Position numbers and translations under genes: made by a program
Shown here: in pieces, positions 12,831 to 25,977 of the stretch
Layout: every line of letters starts with the position of its first letter
Numbering within the stretch: the first letter of the stretch is position 1
NCBI GenBank assembly: GCA_002633005.1
Contig: NMRA01000002.1
Coordinates: 827,278-891,277 of the forward strand
Reading direction: 5' to 3'
DNA length: 64,000 nt
Source of the DNA: Phoronis australis
Lineage: Eukaryota; Animalia; Phoronida
The notes under the pieces: generated by a model
What the model saw: the letters and a program-made list of their open reading frames with translations, nothing else
Database searches by the model: none
Told to the model about the DNA's origin: nothing

Positions 12831-15800
12831 GCTGAACGACAATGTGAATAATGAAATTTGGACGAGCCCCCCCCCCGAGCCCCTGTGGGTGCGCCCATGT
12901 ACATGTACTCTCTCAAATAACACAAGTATGTTGTGATAACTTATATTACATGTATATCATCATAACTATAGCTTGCAATAACTTGATGTCTTTCCTAACA
13001 TGAACTTTCTGTTGTGACATCATGCAGCCCTCAAGTTTGTTTTATTGGCGTTTAATAACTTGTCAAAAATCGTCTGTGTCGGCAAAAAGGCGCCAGTTTT
13101 CAATCTCTGATGACGAGGTAATGCCATGGGAAACACAGGAGTGAAATTGCATTGTTTTTCTGTTACCAGTTTGATGAAGCGATAAAAGTACACTAAACTA
13201 TAATTATTATGTAAATGCCATGATGGCTTATCGAAGATCCATAAGTAAACGGGATCTTTAATGGGGCCATTTTTACTGATGCACCCATCAAGAGTACCTG
13301 CCCTGTGTTTCTGGTAATAACCACTTCCCAGAATGCAAAATCCCCACTCAAATGTAATCTACGTGCAAATCTACCGGGCATTCCAAGGTTATAATAACCG
13401 CTGAGTTTTGTATAATCAATTTTAGCAATTCATGTGACATTCCAACAAACCTTTTTAAGTTGAATGCAGCATGTAGAAAAAGTAACACGGGGAAAATTGA
13501 CAAGCTCGACAACTATCGTTACATGAGGACGGATCATACTGTGCTGTTCGACTAAAGTGGTTGAAATTTCGAAAAGTTGGGTCATTAACACATTGTATGT
13601 GCTTGCTGTTGCAAAAGAGAACGAGGCCGGACTGCTGACATCTTAGCTAGCTACTAGCGATAGACATTTTGCTTTACTGACTTCTCATTGTATCTTATTT
13701 TACATGACCAGAATTATGAAGTTTTATTGAAAATTTGTTGTTGTTCAAAAGATAGTCACGTTTTTTTGGTTTGGTTTGATGTATTTCCGTGTTTCGTGAT
13801 AGTCATCTCCTAGCCTTACAAGATGACGTTGATCACTTATCCAGGGGCGAAATATAATGCGGAAAATAATAATCACAAGTTTGTTAATCTTCTAGCTTTT
13901 CAAATTATAATTACAATGTCTGCTTCTAAAGACGAACAATAACCTCGTCAAAGTAGGCAAATCGTCAACTACGACGTTTTAGTCTGGGCCCAGGTGCAAT
14001 TATCATTGATTTCTGTGGGTAGAAAGTTAATGAGACTTGACGACTTGAAACTCCGAGTGATTATTTTGAAGCATCAGCGATTTGTCTAATTGACTGACGA
14101 TGCACAAACACTTGAATGCTGAAGAAAAATATTGGCTACACTGAATAATTTTTTCTCTGCATTACAAGATGGTAAATTGCATTATAATGTTATCTTATCA
14201 TAATAGAAGGAATTTGCTTCATGATTTTACTGCGTTAACAGTCGAGTTTTTAGGTAACCTTCAAATTCTTATGTTCTAGTTGAAATAGGGTTTTGATAAA
14301 CGCTTTGCAAGCTAATTAAGATCTATCAAACCTGAATTGCTCATAGCAAGTTAACCAGCAGCTACTCAATGCAACGCAGAACAATGATATATAGAGAACC
14401 AATTGTTCCAACGGTGGATAAAATTAAGAAGACCTTATGATCAGCTGAATATGAATATACTCATGAATAAAGAAGCAATAAGTAAAAGTAAGTCACTTTC
14501 GTAACATTTTACAATATTTTCGTTTTCTTTACTAGAGTAGTATCTAATGCATACATGTACGCTCTGACTTGTTGGAAACACGTAGGTGCTAGGGCGTGTG
14601 ACGTAGAACACTCACTGTATCTGTCAATAGACGCAATGCAGATCAAAACTAGATTCTACCAGTTAAACTGCTCGTAGTTGCCGTCAAAGCAAATGCTTTC
14701 ATAACCTTATTTTTAGTACATGGTGGCTAAAAATTTTAAAATGCAAAGCTACATGTGCTTGTGGGTCAAATTCTAAACGGGAGAACATTTCTCGCATAAC
14801 AGTGTTTGTTATGAAAACAAGTATTATGATTGAAAAAAGTCTAATCTTGCAAAAATGACTGTCGGTAAACAAATGAAATTGATCGACATTCCATTAGGGA
14901 AACGACAAAGCCTGTACTGGCGAAGTGGGAAGGGCTGGCTCCGAGGATTCCTGCTCCATTTTAGGACAGGAAACTCAAATTTTGCACTACCAGAAACGCT
15001 AAAGTGTTAGGTCATTGGAGAGTGATTTCTCACATTAGATAGACCGAAAAAGACAAATCTTATCAACTGTCTATGGATGAACAAGAAAATAATGTTTCAT
15101 ACATTTCCCACTGCAAAGAAGTATCTGACAACACAGCCAGCGGCTGAGGCTGATAAAACGTGAGAATTTCGATCCAAGGCGGTGTCAAAAAGCTAAAATA
15201 AGTAGGCCTAAGGGAACTTAAACTAGTTAAACAATGGGGGAGGATGAGAACGGAATTTATTTTTCTGCTTTTGAATTGACGAACCACTATCCTATTCAAT
15301 TTCTGACCACCACATCTCAGTCGAGATCAATCGGAAGTCACAATCGTGTTCTCATTACACTAGAGGGCATTGAATGTTGAAGGTGCGTGAGACTCCTCCT
15401 GGCGACAAGAGTACTATCACAAGAACTGATACACTCTATCACAGTGCAGTATAGGTGGCGCTGTGTCAGAGGGTAAAGAACTGATCTCGATAGTTAACGT
15501 TGTCAAGTCCGACAAGCACCTGTCAAATATGACGAATTTGCTCCACATACATACTGCGCAAAAACAGATTATAGTTCTCGTGCTCCCGGCGACATTTCAC
15601 TGAAGTCATGTGGCTACATAATCATAAAGGGCCCTGTTAGAAAAATCAGCTGTTACTTGGTACACACAGCTGCATGTATCTACGATTTCCCTCGAATTTG
15701 AACCCACTAATTGATGTTAACCAATTCACATCACATCAACTCAGCTTCACTCAGTTGCCAGATCGGTTCCGAAACACCAACGCGAATTATAGTCACTGGG

Positions 15801-16467
15801 TTGCACTTTACTGTGAGTTTGGTGACACGATTAGGACTGCGCAGTTCAAATGACGACGAGTAAAACTGTCTTCACGAGATTAGGCAACGTTAAGTTTTGT
15901 TGCTGCCAGGTGTTGGCCTGGTGTGTTGAGGTAGAAGAATTATGAGTCCAGTCGGCCAGGTATTAGTTTCCATAAGTCGCATAACCTGTCACTCAATCTA
16001 TATATGTTCCACTGACAAATAAGACTCTAATTCAGTTGCATACAGTACTAGTAAAACAACGAAAACGTTTGCTACAGGTTGGGATATAAGTTGCATTTAT
16101 TGAGTAATTTTCAGTTAGGGTTTTGTATTCTGACCAATATTTTGACCTAATCGTGACGTCTACCAAGAGCATTTATATCCGCAAGCGACTGTCTTTACTC
16201 ACACGCTGTAGATCATTGATCTACACATCGAAAAACAACCTTGGCTTAGATTGTTCTATTGAAAACCTCGTGACAACGATAGCACGCTCACAACTGGTTA
16301 TTTCGGATCATTTCCTTACTCAACTTTCTGATTTTAATCACCAGACATGAGCCAGAGCTGATTCACGTGTACGTAAGTCTTATTGAAAAGTCATTCAGCG
16401 ACGTATATGTACAGTAATATGATTACGAAATGTGTAAGCAGCGCAGATACATTTATTGCCACAGATC

Positions 16468-16597
16468 GTGGGGGTTGTGGGTCGTTGGGGTTGTGGGTCG
16501 TGGGGGTTGTGGGTCGAAGAGATTGTGGGTCGTGGGGGTTGTGTGTCGTAGGGGTTGTGGGTCGAGGGGGTCCTGGGTCGAGGGGGTCAAAGGGGTT
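16468..16597 (+). repeat. G-rich 16-bp minisatellite (cgtgggggttgtgggt, ~8 copies)
   Basis: The tandem units are directly visible and are followed by ttttagctagcaac. Confidence 0.9.
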
Positions 16598-16972
16598 TTA
16601 GCTAGCAACGAATGTTTGCGGCCCAAGATGATGGTCGACCACGTTGTTCACAAATTGCTTTCAACCATGACGGAAATATTTGTAGCACCAACCGTCTCAC
16701 AAAACCACCGTTATGCTTTAGTTCGCTACCAATGCTTCTGAAACATAGTGAACAACTACTGTACGATGGCCTTGCGGGAAGCACTTTTTGGTAACCGAAG
16801 GAAGAAAACCCGACCGTGGACACTTTTTGGAGATCAAAGTGACTTTACGAAATTTTAGACCCCGAGCAAAGATTCCATGAACCCATTTCCAACGATATCT
16901 ACAAAATATCACTAAAACTGACTCATTCCACAAATTTAATTTTATGAAACATTGACGGAGCTGCAGTCTTAC

Positions 16973-17831
16973 CTCGCTGGTTCCCTGCGTGCCGCTAGCC
17001 AGCACGCAGGTAGCAGGCAGTGGCACGCGCTTTATCATTGGTTGATGTAACCTCGGCAGTCATTGGTTAGCTTTACAACAACGTGAAAAAATGGCGGACT
17101 GTGAACGATTTTTAGCCTTGTCATGCAAGTGGCGTGGCAGCAGCTATTTCGTTTCTGCAGTAATGTTCAATAGCCGCGTGCTTTAAGCACATACATGTGC
17201 AATAAACACATACCTGGCTGATTTTTTCATACTGTATGAACACAGGACAGCATCGTAAACAAAAGTCAGCGACAGTAGGCCTAGAAAAATGCCCCCCTTA
17301 AAAGGCGCAACCACAATTTTCTGGGATTCATATTTCTTGAACATGAATTTATTTTAAGCACCGATTTGTCTGTACAACAGACCATATTAACACTTCCTTC
17401 ATCAGTCACATAACGTGGAATTGTCGTGAGGACTTGACTGAGACCTTAGGGGACAGTCTCATGCTCCACCGGCTTATCTTCAATATTTTTAAAAGGCTTT
17501 GCCCAGTCACGGATTGTGTGTCATAAATCGACATAATGCAAGTCATGTTTCTTCAGGCAGCTTTTACCACCAAACCATCGGCTTCACAGACAATAAAATG
17601 TATTCGGCCGAATAAATCTGTGATTCCAGCGTCCGGAGTTGCCCCATTGACAACTCCAGACGGTCTTTCACTAAGATTTAACGTTATGATGCCAGTTTGT
17701 TTGCGTGAAGAGATGCCTGTTGAGGATTCGACCAGCCAATCACAAACGCCGGTGTAAAAAAATTTCCCGAGGAAAATTAAGCGATACCTCCGTGCTGGCT
17801 ACCACCTAGCGGCACGCAGGGAACCAGCGAG
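16973..17831. mobile_element. Non-autonomous DNA transposon, 26-bp perfect TIR, 9-bp TSD
   Basis: TIRs are ctcgctggttccctgcgtgccgctag and ctagcggcacgcagggaaccagcgag. Flanks are cagtcttac (16964-16972) and cagtctcac (17832-17840). Confidence 0.85.
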
Positions 17832-18474
17832 CAGTCTCACAGTCAGGCTTTTGTAGCGCCCTCATGTGACCAGAGTGGCACTGCACATGTCAACGTCATT
17901 CCGCCATCAATTTTTGTTGTTGACACCTCTGTGAACCCCACACGGGTTTTGAACGTTTTCACCAAGCAGGATAGTGAAGCACTGCCAAACAGCAGTATCT
18001 GCTGCTCCAGAATAGCCTTGAATAAACAGATGGCAATACATACTGGGTTCCAATGGAAATATAGCAGGTGCACATAAAATTTCCTGTAGCTTGTGGCTGG
18101 TACTCAAAACACCTCAATTATTGAGCAAACACTCTTCAACACGGCTTCACACAGGCGTTGAATACATGTATATGATAGAACTTTTTTGCACTCCACCGCA
18201 TCTCGCATCAACCGCACATACTTATTTCACCAAATCGTTTGCCATGTCGCTTTCCGTTTTTCTGTCCAGAGACCGTATTACTTTGCGGGGTCCCAGGTTT
18301 ATTTTTAGCACAGGCAGTGTACATTTCGTAGACGCAGAAGCCTTGCAAAACACAAGACTGCTAGATATTGCCACGTATCATGCCCGTAGGAAGGAAAATA
18401 TTTTTGGGGGCACAAACCAATTTGACTTCGCCAACATATCCCCCTTGCTATCGTCACCCACCGCCCCTCCCGTT

Positions 18475-19606
18475 TTCTGAATGTCACCATATTTGTACCG
18501 AGCTCCATCCCCCACGTCCGCATTAGGTGAGGGTAATACCAGGGATGCAACCATCAGGATTTGAGTGACCGTGAACCAACAAAGATTCACGGAGAGTAAG
18601 AATGGGTCTAGGAAACTGCCTGAAGTAACTATAGCTGGGTCGAAGGTCAAGGTTCCTTTATTATGATCCAGTATCGGGAAAACTTCATTTTATTATGGCC
18701 ATTCTTTGAAGTAATTGTTAGAAAGGTGATGTCCCGAGGTGCCTGGTATGAGTGCCTTTGTGGCCGTTTCAGAATCCCTTGATGAAACACAGACGGTAAT
18801 CCAGTTTATGGTTGCTGGGCAAAATGATACAGAGTGTGTTCCAAAAATGTACACACTTCAACGTCTGGAGTTAAAATTCAATTCCCGTGGATAACTGAGA
18901 TTCTAAGCAGGCCTACTGCATGGTTACACCTTCGTGGGTGTGCCTGTCATGACGTGCTCTGTGCATACGCGCACCTAGAGGGTGGGGGGGGGCTTGGGAG
19001 GCTCGATGGCAAAGTGGACAAAAAGTTNTTCTGAATGTCACCATATTTGTACCGAGCTCCATCGCCCACGTCCGCCATAGGTGAGGGTAATACCGGGGAT
19101 GCAACCATCAGGATTTGAGTGACCGTGAACCAACAAAGATTCACGGAGAGTAAGAATGGGTCTAGGCCCGAGCGCACTGACGGGTAGAAGGAAACTGCCT
19201 GAAGTAACTATACCTGGGTCGAAGGTCAAGGTTCTTTTATTATGATCCAGTATCGGGAAAACTTCATTTTATTATGGCCATTCTTTGAAGTAATTGTTAG
19301 AAAGGTGATGTCCCGAGGTGCCTCGTATGAGTGCCTTTGTGGCCGTTTCAGAATCCCTTGATGAAACACAGACGGTAATCCAGTTTATGGTTGCTGGGCA
19401 AAATGATACAGAGTGTGTTCCAAAAATGTACACACTTCAACGTCTGCAGTTAAAATTCAATTCCCGTGGATAACTGAGATTCTAAGCAGGCCTACTGCAT
19501 GGTTACACCTTCGTGGGTGTGCCTGTCATGACGTGCTCTGTGCATACGCGCACCTAGAGGGTGGGGGGGGGCTTGGGAGGCTCGATGGCAAAGTGGACAA
19601 AAAGTT
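18475..19606 (+). repeat. Near-identical tandem duplication joined by a single N (18475-19027 / 19029-19606); likely haplotype overlap artefact
   Basis: The copies differ by a few SNPs and a 25-bp indel. The N at 19028 sits exactly at the junction and cuts a MITE mid-element. Confidence 0.85.
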
Positions 19607-20035
19607 CGAGAAAACGAGACAAAAGCCCATTGAAAAGGCAATACTCGGCGTATGCACAATTCATAGCTCTGAACGAACCCCGTATTGTTCGTTTTTTTTA
19701 GTAAAAGGTCCACATGCTCAAAAATTCAAGCCCCCGCCCCTTATATTTTAGGCTGGGTGCACGCATGTCGTCTGTGTAGTATGCACGGGAAATGCAAGCA
19801 AACGATTCAGTTTTGAAGAACAAAAATTCATTGCGCAATACTACTGGAAACCAAAAACGTCAAAGAAGTTCAAAGACAACCTTTCCAATTTGATGAGCAA
19901 TAATTTTGATTTTATTTAAGAACTTAAACTTCATTTTCCATCTACGGTTTGTAAACTTAAACCCAGTAATCTAGTTCCTAAGCCAATAAACAATTTATTG
20001 CCATTTGAATTGTGAGAACATTTTAGGACACATTG
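19409..20035 (+). mobile_element. Internally deleted Tc1/mariner derivative with N-terminal transposase remnant
   Basis: The left end is TA+cagagtgtgttccaaaaatgtacacacttcaa and the degenerate right TIR is ttgaattgtgagaacattttaggacacattg. Positions 19791-19880 read KRFSFEEQKFIAQYYWK / KNVKEVQRQ across a frameshift, resembling the DUF4817-type HTH of mariner-like transposases. Confidence 0.65.
19543..19767 (+). mobile_element. MITE family A (CATGCGCGCACCCAG TIR), nested in the Tc1/mariner derivative
   Basis: Ends are catacgcgcacctag...ctgggtgcacgcatg. The interior is homologous to the copies at 25719, 26699 and 58038. Confidence 0.8.
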
Positions 20036-20291
20036 TTGAGCTGTCCGCAATTCATCAATTTCTTTGAGACTTATTTCAGATAGGTAAAATCGTTTAGTGG
20101 ACTTTTATATTTGCGTATCTGATGATAGATCGAATTTTCCCAATTTCGGCCTGCATGTGACTGATCTGACGACTGACGTGCAGCGGTGTTGAATCAGTTA
20201 AGTAGTATACTTTTTTTAGTGGCCCCTTCAGTGTCAGCACTGTTTTCCAACTTCAAGAAAGCTTTCAACAACAGAATGTAATACATATAGG

Positions 20292-21052
20292 TTATTTCAT
20301 GGCGAAGTCGTTATCCCCCGTTATCTAGAGCCCCAGTGGATTTTGGAGAATTATCGCCCGAGGGTGATAATTCTCCAAAATCCACATACTAAACGAGAAA
20401 CATTGCAATGAATCGATTTACCTTTTCTGACTCTCCACGGCTTTGTAACTACTTTCTATGTCAGAGGCCCGGGGTCGGAGGTCGTGGCCGGGCTATTTTT
20501 GTCAAATAATGCTTTTACTCAAAGCCAATTGAAAACTTAATATAATAGAAATAAATTGAATTCATGAATTAAGGTTTACAGACTATTATAGCTTAAAACA
20601 CGTTTTTTTCACGCTAAGCTTCGACCGGGAAATTATCGTCTGCTAAAGTTGGTTACCACTGGTAACTGAATATAATTCTCAAGTCAAAGATCCTGACGAC
20701 ACGAAACCCGAATTCAAATTGGAGATCGGTGATTTACAAGTAAGGGACATGAGAGAAAATATTCACTGAATTAAGATATCATTTTTATGGAAATTATGTG
20801 TCTTATTTTTCGTAGCGTATAAGTACAGTACAATGCGGTTTGTTGAACATGCGATTATTGCGCGTGCTCATTTAAGTATTCTTTTTTCACTCTTGATGAC
20901 GTCAGTCGCTGCATGGTGTAGTGATCAAGTCGGCGACCAGCAATTCCAGGGTCCCGGCTTCGACTCGTCAGTCCTCGGTTTTCCGCCAAATCGTTATCTC
21001 ACTAGTGGTTATTACACGGTTGTATCTGCCATTTAACGCTAATGTGGTATAA
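20292..21052 (+). mobile_element. Crypton-like non-autonomous repeat with internal hairpin and tRNA-like A/B boxes; second copy at 42147-42740
   Basis: It is colinear with 42147-42740 (catggc.aagtcgttatc, gctaagcttc, gtttgttgaacatgcg.ttattgcgcgtgct, gctaatgtggtataaa). A 20-bp perfect stem spans 20336-20385. The Crypton label is inference. Confidence 0.65.
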
Positions 21053-21299
21053 AGTACAATATGACATAATGCAGTAGTCAAACAATAAATATATGCAGGT
21101 ACCAAAACAACAATTAAAACATGTTGAGAATTTAGGTAACAAATAAATAAATATTGACGGAGGATGATGAAGCTAGAATAAAAAAACATGAAATTTAATT
21201 AAAAAATACTAAACAATGAGAGTATTTATAGTAATGAAAAATTACGAGTGCAGGTGTAAGAATGGATAAATGAATTACAACCACTTTTTAATATCAAAT

Positions 21300-21600
21300 T
21301 CGAATCAGACCGTTTAGTTTCCTGGCTAAGAGAGTTCCGTATTGCAAAAGTAGCATAAATAAAAGATCTCTTGCCGGTCTCGGTTTTAATTTTCTAAATG
21401 GAACATTATCATCAGCTTGACTGCTGCTGAATTTGCTGTTGAGATGCATGTACGTTGGAGCCAAGCCATTGATACATTGAACATGCAACAGGTAGAGAGA
21501 TATTTATTTCGTTGTTTTACTTTCATAAATCCAAGGGTGGACTACAAGTCGTCGATCCCGGTGTTCCTAATTCTAGTACACAGTATAGCAATAGCGGCTC
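21300..21600 (-). mobile_element. CR1/L2-clade LINE 3' ORF2 remnant
   Basis: The minus strand reads STLGFMKVKQR..CMF, CINGLAPTYM and SFIYATFAIRNSL, typical of the L2/Crack ORF2 C-terminus (NGLAP.YL...SF....WNSLP). Confidence 0.65.
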
Positions 21601-22068
21601 TATTTTGGATCACCTGGACTTTACTAGTTTATTGAACCACAAGTGAAGGAATAAAGGTGCACCGGGACTCCGTTATGTATTGTAACTTATGGAAAAAAGT
21701 TAAACGTGGCTTTTATCGAGTTCAGCATCAATTCCGCTTGTACATTGTAAGTTAACCTGAACGCCTTTTCAATTTGAATATTGTAGACACTAATGAAAAT
21801 TTATCTTCGTTTTGCTTATACGTACACTGTATATTATGCATGCAGGTCAATACAACAGAGAGACGAGACTGTTGGCATTTTGAATATCTATATTTCGATA
21901 TACCGATACAACAAAGCCCTGTGGATTGTTACGTTAGCGAATTTTGTTGAAGATCATGTTTTGAACCTTTCTTGTGGCAACTCTAAAAATGACACCACTT
22001 TGAAATTTTCACCAAATTTTAACATTCATTTTCTGTTTTCTGAAATAGAACATAATTATGTACAATTC

Positions 22069-22430
22069 ACCTTATTCACGCAGTCGCCATTTTGAAAGTG
22101 AACCTCTATTTAGGTTTTAAAACAATGGATTCCGGGCATAACCATAGGCAAAGTGTGATTTTTTTGCATGCATCGGTAATATTTATGTCTGAAATGCATT
22201 GCTTTTAAATCTAAAAAGAGGATTATTTTAAAATGGCGACTGAGGGAATAAGGTCTATACACCTTATCCACTCAGTCACTATGTAACAAAGAGCCTCCGT
22301 TTAGGTTTAAAAACAATGCATTCCGCGCTTAATTACAATGCGTGCATCGTTTTGTTTTTGTTTCAATTGCGATGTTTTTTTAAACTTAAAAGAGAGAGTC
22401 TTTTTAAAATGGCGACTGTTTGAATACGGC
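22069..22430. mobile_element. Two palindromic ~170-190-bp MITEs of one family in tandem (22069-22254, 22261-22430)
   Basis: Each unit reads accttat...cagtcgccattttgaaa...ttttaaaatggcgactg...gaataaggt (unit 2 is more diverged). They are joined by ctatac. Confidence 0.8.
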
Positions 22431-24764
22431 CTGTAGTTTAAGGCGGCAAGACAAACAACGCTGACAACCAACTTTGAGGAAATTTGGCAACATTTTATTT
22501 TGGCCAGGGCTTCATGTAATTAATCAATAATTCATATCTGCAGCATTCCACCTTTTCACGGGGGTTCACATTTTAGTGTCAACCATTTTTTCGTGTACTG
22601 GATACACAAGCATCATGCAACAATTAGAAGTGGATTGGTTTTGTCGATCCAAACTCTATGGCTAGCTCTGCAAGCCCCGACGAATTAGACTGACGTGCCT
22701 TATTAATTACCCCAACTAGCCGCAATCAGAGAAACACCAATCCCCTAAGACAGGATGTTAGATCGAGCAACCGGATGAATTATTAATTCCCTGATCTGCC
22801 GACAAATATATATACAGGTGATAATGGGAATTGTGTCTATTCCAGAGTGGTAGTGTTGCTCGGAGACGCAGCATATCGCATTCAATCAACATCCTGGAAA
22901 GAATTGGTGCTCATAGATGTAGCTTACAGTACAGCAAATTTCTAACGTGTTAGGCCACTCGGCGACTGGGCTCCAGACTATGAAATTCACAATATTCACT
23001 TTGGCTCGTTCTTAAAGATCCCTGTCTACGATTGTTATACTGTCGCATACAAAATGCCGTGTACCCCAAATGTTAACTACCTTCACTTGATGCTATTTGA
23101 TAGAGCTGTTTGGTTGAATGGGGGCACCCATGATTTATCTTAGTGTATCGTATTATCGACACCTCAACCTGTGTCATAAACAAAATGCAGAGACTGACCA
23201 GCAATGTCACAATATCACGAGTCCACCGATTTGTCGCAGCGTAATCGAAGTACTCAAGGAGCCGCTGAACAGGTTCCACAGAAGTCAAATTTTCGAATGA
23301 ATAAGTTCTTTTGAAGAGAAGTATTTGCGAGCAAGTACATGTATATTCGATGACGTGTTGTTTCTGCAGATAATTGTATTTACTTGATGGCAATTTCAGC
23401 TTGAGCACAAGGTTAGTGTTTGTCGTGCAATTCGACTGACTTTGCATGGCACTTGATTCTACTGAAGAGTTTGCACTACAGTAGGAGTGTTCACTGATGA
23501 AATCACTGCTATCGCTACTATTAGCGCCGCCAAGTATCGAAAAAGCAATAGTGAAGTACTAAGCGAGGGAACAATGGGGGAAGTGCGCCTTCAGCAGCTC
23601 AGTAAATTGCACAAATTCATCCACGAAAACACCAGAACTGCCATTCTAACGTTATGTAAGCATCCAGAAAGGCCAAGATTGTTACTCAATAATACGATAA
23701 ACTGTTTCTCATTTTGTGTGTCAAAATATGAACAAAAATCACTCGAACGATCGCAAGGATGTTATTAGAAAAACATACCCATCGCCATGGGTCAATGTGA
23801 CCGGTGACGGCCAAAGTCAAAGTCACAGGGCCTCAAATCTAAGTTCTATGAGTCAATTTAGCCTGAGAATCTGTGGTTGTAGGTGAAAAAATCGACCCAA
23901 TTTTAATGTGCCAGTCGGCTCAAGGTAAGCAACACCAGCTTGAGTGCGTCAATGAAAACTTGTATTCGCCAATGCCGGGCGCTGCCTTATACAAAATTAT
24001 CCCTGGATCGACACTGGTACTGACATAACCGCAGGGGCATGGCCACCGGTTACAAAAGAGTCCTTAGGGACATGCACAAAACGACGGCCCAAAAAATTTC
24101 GTATCATCTGAGCACGTTTGTCAATGGTCAGGGGATATAACGACCAAAATTTGTGGCAGTGGGAGTGACTCAACACCCATGTGGCATCCTTGGTTTTTCA
24201 TTCCTCACATCACACACCTGGGAAGGGTTAACGCCCATTTGGCGTCCACCTGGTTTTTACCTGTTTTGCACTTCTCCCATGTACCCCCTTTCCACTGGCA
24301 CCTGAGGGCAACTGCTCCAGGAAACCTCCAGGAGTAATCACTAAATTTGTATAATCCGTGGAGGATATGAACTAAGTTCGATAACTTGCCTTTGCAAGTA
24401 TGGACGAAATGGTTTTTGAAGGAAGCTTTAAGAGAATAGGGAACTGCAAAAGTCTTACTGTATAGTACACTATATTATTGACTAAAGCACACATTTTCAT
24501 TCGTATTTGAATGTAAATGTACGCATTTTATCCATTTTTAATCAGACTGTAATAAACTACCGCCACCAAGTTAGTTTTACTTATTCGCCGCCTGAGGCTC
24601 TAGTTATTCGACCGATAACCATTGCGGCGAATGGCAAGATGGCGGAGTTGGACATCCCATTGTACCTTTCAACACTGTTGATTGGTGGGTTTACGCAGAC
24701 TGGTTCTGCTGACTGATTCTTCTGTCTCTTCATAAAACTTATCATAAGGGCACATCTTTTTGCA

Positions 24765-25010
24765 ATGAAACCGGGGGTCATTTTCGACACGTGTTTTGAA
24801 TTCATAAAAAACATGCAACACCATGCCTCACTCTTATGACGTTTTGATTTGGATGGTTTTAGCGAGATCACACATGCATGAAAAAGTCGCGTCGAAGCGC
24901 GTAATAACTTTGTTTCAAATAGTCCCTCTACTTTCTATCTCAAGTTAATGTGAGCTGTACCCTGTACACAGGGTATACACCAAGTAGATTTGCGAGCTCT
25001 GTTTGACCAC
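24765..25010 (+). mobile_element. Possible old L2-type LINE fragment
   Basis: KPGVIFDTCFEF resembles the KNLGVIFD..L.F motif. It is highly degenerate. Confidence 0.35.
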
Positions 25011-25718
25011 AATGTCTGGCGTACAGCGGAAATTGGAAATGGTTCAGCTTTTACCATTGATTGTAATGAGGGGGATTTCCGGTGGGACAATTATACAGTT
25101 GTCGATCAGCTGTAAAGTTTTATATATAGGCCAATCATAAAATTTTGTGGATATGCCAAGCGGAATTGAATGCTTCCTTCAACATCAGAGCAGTAGTTTG
25201 TGTCTGATGTTGTTACGCCAGTCTCTTAATTGCCTTTAGGTCCTCCATAAAATGGGTAACCTGCGCATTTTAGCAGACTTCCTTTCACATTTTATTCGCT
25301 TTAACTTTGATAACGGTTATGTAAATCTTGAACCTGCGTGGAAATATAGAGGTGGCATGCAGACCAGACATATGTTTGCGATTTAACCTTAATTAGGCGA
25401 CAACCTGCATTTCAAAAGACGCAAAGTGTATCTGTGTTCAGATTATGTCCACTTGGGGCTTTGTCCAGGCGTGGCTTTCCGATATTCCCTACTTTTTAAT
25501 ACCAGAAGTTTCGATCCCAATCGTTTTATAATTTACCTTGTCACTACATACCCTGCAGAAAAGCACTTCTAACACATGAACTTGAAGTACTTGGAATTCG
25601 AGTTGATATACTTGTATCTATATAGTAAAGTGATTTTTGATGGTTAGTCGATGGGGTTGATTAGACCTCTGAGGAACAACGGCGTCAGGTTTTAGGTAAT
25701 CAATAAAACGACCAATCG

Positions 25719-25977
25719 CATGCGCGCATCCGGGGGGGAAGGGGGAGGGGCACTCGAACGAGCCTTCCTATTTGGCGAAGTGGCCAAAAAGGTCTGTCTA
25801 GAAGAAACAAAATCTCAGAAAGCATGTAAAAAAACGAGACAAAGGTCCACCAAAAAGGCAGGAACTACCAAAATTCGGCGAAATGACAATTTATACCTCT
25901 TAACGTACTCCGTGAATCTCAGCAAAAGGTGCGCATTCTCAAAAATTCGACCATTTTTTGGCCTGAGTGCGTGCATG
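25719..25977 (+). mobile_element. MITE family A
   Basis: Ends are catgcgcgcatccgg...cctgagtgcgtgcatg, with flanks caatc(g) and caatc. Confidence 0.85.

Noticed and set aside
16468-16597. Possible CRISPR-like or telomeric array
   Set aside because: There are no unique spacers, no cas genes and the context is eukaryotic. The 16-bp unit is not a TTAGGG-type telomere repeat.
20905-20970. tRNA gene (also 42591-42655, ~1455-1520, ~11350-11415, ~36410)
   Set aside because: Only A/B-box-like motifs are present and I could not build a complete cloverleaf. I treated these as tRNA-derived repeat relics.
24261-24301. Minus-strand micro-exon CQWKGGTWEKCKTG resembling a TSP1/pleiotrophin motif
   Set aside because: It is only 41 nt, with a weak acceptor context and no supporting neighbouring exons.
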